Below are positions 56,851 to 64,000 of a DNA stretch of 64,000 nt, in pieces. Positions within the stretch are counted from its first letter, which is position 1. Each line of letters begins with the position of its first letter. Below the pieces are notes generated by a model. The model saw only the letters and a program-made list of their open reading frames with translations, was not told where the DNA came from and did no database searches. The stretch spans positions 1 through 64,000 of the forward strand of contig JAZDCZ010000091.1 in the NCBI GenBank assembly GCA_036679605.1. Direction: 5' to 3'. Position numbers and translations under genes: made by a program. This stretch comes from Gemmatimonadota bacterium. Lineage in GTDB: Bacteria > Gemmatimonadota > Gemmatimonadetes > Gemmatimonadales > GWC2-71-9.

Positions 56851-59800
56851 TCTCCCGCAGACCGGCAACAATTTCGTCCAGCCTCTGCTGCAACTCGGCG
56901 TACCGTTTGTAAGCCTCCGAACCGGGTCTCTGATCTGCTCTACCGGTCATTCCGGCGAGGTAGGCAAGCTGACTGATCAGCATGGGCGTCTGGTACCTAC
57001 CCGTGGCCGTCACGAATTTATCCTCCAGTGCGCGTAGCCTGTCATCGATCCCACCACCAGAGTCCACTTGCTCGAGTTGCTTCCGAGTTGACACAATACT
57101 GGCCATCGTTTTCTTCGCCAAGCTCGTCAGGTCCCTGATTTTCAAGTTGAGCGCCAGCTGCGCCGCGACATCCTCCTGCGTTAGTCCGTCAGCGATAACA
57201 CGGGGGTCCATGAGCAGCGTCAAGTCTCGCATCTGGCTCGATCCGTCTACGGTTAGCCGAATCTGGTATGTACCCGGAGTTACCATGGGACCGTTGCGAC
57301 CCGAACGCGACGCGTTTTCATCCCAAGCTCCGGCGTGTCGCAGGTTCCACCTGAAGCGATGCAGCCCGGCTGACTTCGGCAGTCGACCGGTACCGACACG
57401 TTCCGGCGTCACGTCGCGACCGTCGCGTGCGGCCAGCGCACTGCTAAACTCCCGGATCAGACGACCCACATCGTCCAACACCTGCAAAGTGACTTCACCG
57501 TCCGTCTCATCTTGCAAGTAGTAGTCGATGACCGCACCAACGGGCGGGAACTCTGGATCATCGCCACGGCGTTGGAAACCGCCACGGTATCTCATTCGGT
57601 AGGCCTCGCGCGGCTGAAACAGATGTGCCTTAGATGCCATGACCCTATCACCCAACTCATGCAGTGGGGTTACGTCATCGAGAATCCAGAACGAGCGTCC
57701 CATTGTCGAGATGACGAGATCTTTGCGGTACACCTTTATGTCTGTGATAGGCGTAACAGGAAGATTCATCTGGAATGGTTGCCAGTTGGCGCCGTCATCA
57801 AATGACACGAACATTCCGAACTCAGTCCCCGCGTAGAGCAGCCCCTCACGATCGGGGTCCTCACGCACGACCCTCGTCGGGAAATCGGCGGGGATGCCGT
57901 TCTCGCCCGTGGTCAGCCGAGTCCATGAGCTACCATAGTTTTCGGTCCGGTAGATGTAAGGCTGCCAATCGTCCAGCAAATACCGATACACCGCTACATA
58001 TGCCTTACCGGCCCGATGTGGAGACGGCTCGATGTTCTGCACTCGGCCACCTGTTGGCAAATCCGGCGGTGTTACATCACTCCAGGTCTCTCCGGCGTCT
58101 CTTGTCATGTGCACCGGTCCATCGTTGGCACCGGTCCAGATCAAGCCCTTTTCGATCGGCGACTCCTCGATGGCATATAGAGTGGAGTAGAACTCTTCGC
58201 CCGTGACATCGCGGGTCAGCGGCGTGCCAGAGATGACCTGTTTGTCGGGCTCAAACGCGGTAAGATCGGGTGAGATCGTCTCCCAGGTAATCCCTCCGTC
58301 GGTAGTGCGGTGCAGATATTGAGAACCGTGGTACACGACATTCGCGTCATGGGGAGAGATTTCGATCGGTGATACCCGTTGGAAGCGGTATTTTAGGTCA
58401 CGCGGGTTATGTCCGTACATGTTTCCTGCGCCCACGTAATACTGCTGCTCTTGACCCGTAGTCTTGTTGTACCTCCCGAACCGACCCTTACAATTGGAAA
58501 ACACGATGTTCGGATCGCCCGGCTTGGGGACCGCGGGCCCGGTCTCGCAACCACCGATCGCCCTCCAATACCCGCTGGCACCCGCCGCCATTGAATAGGG
58601 TGGGAGACTGGGTACCATGATAGTGCTGTTGTCCTGCTGCCCGGCGTAGACCCAATAGGGAAACTGATCGTCCACGTCCACCTGATAGAGTTCCGCGGTA
58701 GGCTGATTGAGCAGAGACGACCACGTTCTTCCACTGTCCAATGTCACCGTCGCTCCACCATCATTTGCCTGGATGAAAATGCCGGGATCGTTGGGATTGA
58801 TCCACATGTCGTGGTTGTCACCGTGAGGTGTGGATCTTCTGGAGAAGGTCTTGCCACCATCGAGCGATCGATAAAACCGCGTCGCGTTGACGTAGAGCAG
58901 GTCGGCGTTGGTAGGATCGACGTCGATGTTGGTGTAATAGAAAGGTCTATCGAGCAAACCCGACTCAGTGTTGACCAAACGGAAGCTCTCGCCGCGGTCG
59001 TCGGACCGATATACTCCCCCCTCGCCCTCGGGCGCCTCCATCAAGACATAGAGCCGGTTGGGATCCGCCGGCGAAACTGCCAGGTCGCTCTTTCCGACCA
59101 GTCCACTGGGGAGCCCGTCGGTAAGCTTGGTCCACGAGTCACCGCCATCCCGCGATTTGTATACGCCACCCTCGTAGGCGCCGCTAATGATGGTCCACGG
59201 CTTGCGCTCTCCACGCCACATGGAGGCGTACACCTCGTCCGGATTGTCGGGGGCGAACTCCAGGTCTACCGCACCGGTACTGTCCGAGACGAACAGAACC
59301 TTGGTCCATGACACTCCACCATCTCTAGTGCGATAGACACCACGATCCGGATTGGGGCCGAAGGCATGGCCCATCGCGGCGACGAAAGCGACGTCGGGGT
59401 CTTGCGGGTTGATCTGAACCGCTCCGATCTGACCGACGTCTCTCAGCCCAACGAAAGTCCAACTCTTACCCGCGTCGGTCGATTTATAGACCCCGCGGCC
59501 CGTTATCACGTTGGAGCGAATACCGTCCGAACCGGTGCCGGCGTAAATGATGTCGGGATCGGAGTCCGCTACATCAATGGCACCTATCGAGGCCGTAGCA
59601 AAGTACCCGTCAGAGATGTTCGTCCAACGGCGTCCGTAGTCAGTTGTTTTCCAGACACCACCGCCGGTGCTCCCCATGTAGAATGTTGCGGGCTGGGCTG
59701 CGACTCCCGTAACCGTCGTTACGCGGCCGCCGCGGGACGGGCCGATCATGCGGTACTTGAAGTGGTCAAACAGGGAGGAATTAACCTGCGCGCATAGCGG

Positions 59801-59875
59801 TGTCATTCCCGCTCCGAGCGCAATACAACAAGTAGAGAGGAACAAAACGGTCTTGAACGGGTTCACCGATCGCAT
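56834..59875 (-). CDS. VPS10/BNR-repeat secreted protein
   Basis: Many S/T-x-D-x-G-x-x-W Asp boxes; IGPSRGGRV. Confidence 0.9.
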   Translation of the reverse strand: MRSVNPFKTVLFLSTCCIALGAGMTPLCAQVNSSLFDHFKYRMIGPSRGGRVTTVTGVAAQPATFYMGSTGGGVWKTTDYGRRWTNISDGYFATASIGAIDVADSDPDIIYAGTGSDGIRSNVITGRGVYKSTDAGKSWTFVGLRDVGQIGAVQINPQDPDVAFVAAMGHAFGPNPDRGVYRTRDGGVSWTKVLFVSDSTGAVDLEFAPDNPDEVYASMWRGERKPWTIISGAYEGGVYKSRDGGDSWTKLTDGLPSGLVGKSDLAVSPADPNRLYVLMEAPEGEGGVYRSDDRGESFRLVNTESGLLDRPFYYTNIDVDPTNADLLYVNATRFYRSLDGGKTFSRRSTPHGDNHDMWINPNDPGIFIQANDGGATVTLDSGRTWSSLLNQPTAELYQVDVDDQFPYWVYAGQQDNSTIMVPSLPPYSMAAGASGYWRAIGGCETGPAVPKPGDPNIVFSNCKGRFGRYNKTTGQEQQYYVGAGNMYGHNPRDLKYRFQRVSPIEISPHDANVVYHGSQYLHRTTDGGITWETISPDLTAFEPDKQVISGTPLTRDVTGEEFYSTLYAIEESPIEKGLIWTGANDGPVHMTRDAGETWSDVTPPDLPTGGRVQNIEPSPHRAGKAYVAVYRYLLDDWQPYIYRTENYGSSWTRLTTGENGIPADFPTRVVREDPDREGLLYAGTEFGMFVSFDDGANWQPFQMNLPVTPITDIKVYRKDLVISTMGRSFWILDDVTPLHELGDRVMASKAHLFQPREAYRMRYRGGFQRRGDDPEFPPVGAVIDYYLQDETDGEVTLQVLDDVGRLIREFSSALAARDGRDVTPERVGTGRLPKSAGLHRFRWNLRHAGAWDENASRSGRNGPMVTPGTYQIRLTVDGSSQMRDLTLLMDPRVIADGLTQEDVAAQLALNLKIRDLTSLAKKTMASIVSTRKQLEQVDSGGGIDDRLRALEDKFVTATGRYQTPMLISQLAYLAGMTGRADQRPGSEAYKRYAELQQRLDEIVAGLREIMGPL

Positions 59876-60018
59876 GGAAGCTCCTGTTGGTATTTGCAGT
59901 AGGCCCAGTTGGCTGCACTGGCTGCGTCTCATAACTCAGGCCAATATACCGTGGTGGTAGTACCCTGCCGAGCTTCGGCCTCGCCGTGCCGGACAGGATC
60001 GCATATGTTGTTGTCGCA

Positions 60019-62529
60019 ATGGCCGCCGTCATAGACAAACTCAAAGCCGCCCTAGAGGGTCACTACTCGATCGAGCGAGAACTTGGTGAGGGGGGAATGG
60101 CCCTGGTTTTCCTCGCCCACGACGATAAGCTCGACAGGGAAGTAGCGATCAAGGTGATGAAACCGGACCTGACCGCAAGCGTCGGGGCCGAGCGTTTTCT
60201 GCGCGAGATTCGGATTGCGGCCAAGCTCAATCACCCGCACATCCTGCCGGTGTTCGATTCCGGTGATGCCGACGGGCTGCTCTACTACGTAATGCCCTTC
60301 ATACAGGGCGAGTCCTTATCCGACCTGCTTGCCCGCGAGCAACAGCTGTCGATAGAGGATGCCGTACGCATTACCTGCGAGGTGGCTGAGGCCTTAGCGG
60401 AGGCCCACAGCCAAGATATCATCCATAGAGACATCAAACCGCAGAACATCATGATGTCGGGCGGCCATGCGATCGTGGCCGATTTCGGAATCGCGAGAGC
60501 AGTGAGTTCGGCGGGAGCGGAGAGCCTGACTCAGACAGGCACGTCCGTGGGTACCCCAGCCTACATGAGTCCCGAACAGTCGGCCGGCGATCCGAATGTG
60601 GACGGCCGCGCCGACATCTACAGCTTGGGTTGTGTTCTCTACGAACTGCTGGTGGGCCAGATCCCGTTCACCGGGGCCACGCCGCAGCAGATAATGGCAC
60701 GCCATTCCATCGATATGGTCCCTCCGCCACACATCATGCGGCAGTCCATTCCGGATGAGCTGGAAGACGTCATCATGTGCGCGCTGGCCAAGGTGCCGGC
60801 GGATCGGTTCCGGACCGCGCAACAATTCGCTGAGGCGCTGACCGCTATAGCCTCAGGACAGGTACCGCACGTACGAACCACAGGGATACAGCGGCGCCAC
60901 ACGCAGCGGAAGCGGCGCTCGGCCATGCTGTGGCCCGCGACTATAGGTGCGGTCGTGGTGGTCGTGGGAGGAGCGATAGGCTGGCAGGCCATGAGAGGAA
61001 ATTCCTCACCGGCTCCAACCGGCGATGGGCTTGATCCAAGTCGTATTGCCGTGCTGTATTTCGAAGATCTCAGTTCGGACGGAGATCTGGGATACATTGC
61101 GGATGGACTAACCGAAGGGTTAATCGACGAACTGTCGGATGTGCGGGGACTCTCGATCATATCCCGAAACGGAGTGGCTCCGTTCAGAGATGAGAACATC
61201 GCCCGAGACAGCATAGCTCGGGCGTTGGGGGTGGGCAGCTTGATCGTCGGAAGTGTGGAGCAGTCTAGGGATCGACTGCGGGTTACGGCGCGACTGGTCG
61301 ATGGAAACAGTGCCGCTGATTTTGCGCGAGCGAGCTTCGAACTCCCAAGTGACCAGCTGTTGGCAGCAAAGGATTCCATAGTCCAAGAGGTCTCTCGGTT
61401 GCTGCGCGAGCGTCTGGGCGAGGAAATTCGCATACGAGCCAGGAAGGCGAGCACCACAAGTGTTCGGGCATGGTCTCTCGTTCAGCTCGGCGAGAAGGCG
61501 AAGAAGGATGCGACAGAGTTGGTGAGCAGGAACGATAGCGACGGTGCGGTAATAAAGTATGCGGAGGCAGATTCATTACTGGCGCTGGCCGAGCAGGAAG
61601 ATCCGAATTGGACCGAGCCAATAGTTCTCCGCGGCTGGATCAGTTCAGGCCAAGCAGAACTCGTACGCGGCCCCGCCGGTCAGCACCATGTAGACGAGGG
61701 GTTGGAGCATGCCGCACGCGCTCTTGATCTCGCCCCGAACGATGCTCCTGCGCTCGAGCTGCGTGGCAGCCTGAGGTACTTATCCTGGGGCCAGAGATTC
61801 TCTACAGACCCTGCGGAGCAGCAACAACTCCTGGCTGACGCCCGTGCAGATCTGGAACAGGCAATCGAGCAGGATCCGACCATTACCCGCGCTCGTGTTG
61901 CTTTGACATTCCTGTACTACCAGACCGACGACACGCCTGCGGCGCTCCTGATGGCCCAGAGGGCACTTGAGGAAGACGCGTATCTCACCCGGGCCGCAGA
62001 CGTTTTGGATCGTCTTTTTTGGGGATCGATCGATCTCGAACAGTTCCGGCAGGCGCGGCGGTGGTGTGGAGACGGTGCGCGCCGGTTCCAGCGCGACTAC
62101 CGGTTCGTTGCTTGCCAGATGTGGGTCATGGTGACGCCGGCGGTTGAGGCAGACGTGGCAAAGGCGTGGCGTTTACTCGCCGCACTGGACACGGTCACAC
62201 CCGAAATCGGTCGACCGTATATGGCTGCTTTAGGGAGACTGCTCGTTGGAGGCACCTTGGCCCGGGCCGGTCTCGAGGACAGCTCGCGTGCGGTCCTCTT
62301 GGAGGGGCGGGGGATGGCTACCTTCGAGGTCGATCCGAGCCAGGGACTCCTGGCCCGGGAGGCATACATGCGGACCCTACTCGGCGACTATGACGAGGCA
62401 ATCGATCTGCTGAAACGCGCGGTGGCAGCAGAACCCGGGCACGGTTTCGAGCACCAGGCGGGAGATTGGTGGTGGCGCGAACTCCGGGATCATCCCCGTT
62501 TCAGCGAACTCACCGGTTCCGGTGGATAG
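60019..62529 (+). CDS. Ser/Thr kinase with TM helix, TolB-N-like and TPR-like regions
   Basis: HRDIKPQN, DFG and GTPAYMSPE; IAVLYF..ADGLTE. Confidence 0.92.
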   Translation: MAAVIDKLKAALEGHYSIERELGEGGMALVFLAHDDKLDREVAIKVMKPDLTASVGAERFLREIRIAAKLNHPHILPVFDSGDADGLLYYVMPFIQGESLSDLLAREQQLSIEDAVRITCEVAEALAEAHSQDIIHRDIKPQNIMMSGGHAIVADFGIARAVSSAGAESLTQTGTSVGTPAYMSPEQSAGDPNVDGRADIYSLGCVLYELLVGQIPFTGATPQQIMARHSIDMVPPPHIMRQSIPDELEDVIMCALAKVPADRFRTAQQFAEALTAIASGQVPHVRTTGIQRRHTQRKRRSAMLWPATIGAVVVVVGGAIGWQAMRGNSSPAPTGDGLDPSRIAVLYFEDLSSDGDLGYIADGLTEGLIDELSDVRGLSIISRNGVAPFRDENIARDSIARALGVGSLIVGSVEQSRDRLRVTARLVDGNSAADFARASFELPSDQLLAAKDSIVQEVSRLLRERLGEEIRIRARKASTTSVRAWSLVQLGEKAKKDATELVSRNDSDGAVIKYAEADSLLALAEQEDPNWTEPIVLRGWISSGQAELVRGPAGQHHVDEGLEHAARALDLAPNDAPALELRGSLRYLSWGQRFSTDPAEQQQLLADARADLEQAIEQDPTITRARVALTFLYYQTDDTPAALLMAQRALEEDAYLTRAADVLDRLFWGSIDLEQFRQARRWCGDGARRFQRDYRFVACQMWVMVTPAVEADVAKAWRLLAALDTVTPEIGRPYMAALGRLLVGGTLARAGLEDSSRAVLLEGRGMATFEVDPSQGLLAREAYMRTLLGDYDEAIDLLKRAVAAEPGHGFEHQAGDWWWRELRDHPRFSELTGSGG

Positions 62530-62765
62530 CGGCAGAAGAATGACGTGTGTTGCGTTCAGGCGGCTACTGTTGTAGCTCCCCCATTAGGTACCAAATAGAA
62601 ACACTCCGAGCGGGCCGTTTTGCCCCAATTGCCGCCACAAAATGGAGCCCTCATGTGGCGCAGCAATTGCTTGACAAGCCCTGTAAGCGTGTGCACTTTC
62701 GCCAATCTCAGGGTTCGTCGTCCGCCTGAGCCGTAATCTGGAGACAATATTAAGGAGTGGTACCA

Positions 62766-64000
62766 ATGAAACGCCTGTTCCTGCTTTCCGCCGTGGCAGT
62801 GTTCTTGGCTGCCTGTAACGATTCCCAAGTTCCCTCACTTGCAGACCCTGAAGGCCCGAACCTGAACGTAATGGATGGAGCCCACGAGGCCTGTGATTCT
62901 GGCCCCTGTGAGCATTTCTTCTTCATGCCCCCGCTGGTGCCGACGCCGAACCCGACCGGCACGTTCAACTCGGTTCTCAAGCCGCACATAATAGTCACTA
63001 CGCTTCCGTTCTTGTCAGACGGGGTTACCCCCGCCGACACTAGCCTGGCATGCGTCACGACCGGGGCGCAAGTTGCGGAGTTCCTGACATCCGAGATAAC
63101 TGCAGACGTCACCAACGAGATCTACAGTGTCGGCTGGCAGACAGGCGCATCAAACTTGACGGCCGGAACCGGCTACAGGATTTGCGTGAAGCTAGGAAGC
63201 ATCGACCTTGGCTTCCGCGACGTACAGCCCGATGAAAACGGTGCTGACGTACCGCGTAACCCCGAACAGCTGCCGATCTTGGAGTTCAACAACGGTAGTA
63301 ACCTGCCCATCAAGTTCAGAATCGAGAGCGGCATACTGTGCAACAACGATGACGACTGTGGTGAAGGGTCGGTTGGCACCGGTGGTGGCCAGGTCGTGAC
63401 CAACACACTCCGCGCCGGAATAGATGTTTCCGGTGGACTCGTGACTGGTGACGTAAACCTTATCATAGAGCGCGTCAACTGTCCCGTTACGGACGGGCGT
63501 GTCACGTTCTTGCCGCTGGACATACCGCAGTTTGCAGGGTGCTATGACGTGAGAACCGCCGAGGACAACGTCACTTTTGCCAACCCTGGTACGATCGTAG
63601 GCGTGTGTTTGGACATTGCCGCGGCGACTGCGGCAGGCCTTACGGATGATCAAGTCGACCGGCTCCAACTGCACCATCGGAGGACCAGCGATGAAGTAGT
63701 TGAGGCATTGCGCAGCACGGCGGCTCCGTTCGTTGATTGTTTGAACTTTGTCGGCATGGGCAGCGACAACAAGTTGGTGCGGTTTGCTCGCCGAGGGTTG
63801 CGGGCAGTGCAGAGTGTCCTGGCGCCGTGGTTCAGTCCGCCGCCCGTAGCGGCGTTCGACAACGGGTTCGGCGGTGGCGGTTTCCGACCCGGTAGCCCAC
63901 TCGTCTGGGCGCTTCCATCCCAGATGGAGATCGTGGACGGGCTCTCCGATGGTTTTGGCAAGGTCGGAGAAGCAAGTGAACCAGCACCGCAGGTTCTTGT
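62766..64000 (+). CDS. Large lipoprotein, runs off the window (absent from the ORF track)
   Basis: AAGGAG RBS; MKRLFLLSAVAVFLAAC lipobox; no stop seen in the part translated by hand. Confidence 0.8.
   Translation, partial: MKRLFLLSAVAVFLAACNDSQVPSLADPEGPNLNVMDGAHEACDSGPCEHFFFMPPLVPTPNPTGTFNSVLKPHIIVTTLPFLSDGVTPADTSLACVTTGAQVAEFLTSEITADVTNEIYSVGWQTGASNLTAGTGYRICVKLGSIDLGFRDVQPDENGADVPRNPEQLPILEFNNGSNLPIKFRIESGILCNNDDDCGEGSVGTGGGQVVTNTLRAGIDVSGGLVTGDVNLIIERVNCPVTDGRVTFLPLDIPQFAGCYDVRTAEDNVTFANPGTIVGVCLDIAAATAAGLTDDQVDRLQLHHRRTSDEVVEALRSTAAPFVDCLNFVGMGSDNKLVRFARRGLRAVQSVLAPWFSPPPVAAFDNGFGGGGFRPGSPLVWALPSQMEIVDGLSDGFGKVGEASEPAPQVL

Overview
The sequence is GC-rich bacterial DNA, probably Gemmatimonadota (inferred from the MTEIT/LADRY-type Ser/Thr kinases and overall gene content). 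It has four parts. (1) 1-24981 is a polymorphic-toxin island. The 3' end of an Rhs gene is followed by eight orphan Rhs C-terminal toxin/immunity pairs. These are interleaved with seven different type II TA systems, repeated reverse-strand XRE genes or remnants, and a conserved 140-bp non-coding leader that joins the Rhs core at the same nucleotide (TACGCAGGAAGAC, TQED) six times. One unit still carries an XRE gene, a CHC2/Toprim primase-helicase and a XerD-like recombinase. The layout suggests tandem integrations of an element that swaps Rhs toxin tips. A GxxExxY gene bounded by GCGGAT repeats, plus gene-less derivatives, sits at the same Rhs site. The island ends at a tRNA(Sec-like) 3' fragment. 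(2) 25009-35967 holds housekeeping genes: lpxH-like, a small BMC/AldDH/PduL locus, lptE, an antiporter, rph, rdgB, a pilin and tRNA-Pro. (3) 35968-48832 holds a 6.9-kb integrase/AAA-helicase element in tRNA-Pro and a second, decayed tandem island. (4) 48895-64000 holds metabolic and signalling genes and tRNA-Arg. All family assignments come from motif recognition by eye; no database searches were run.
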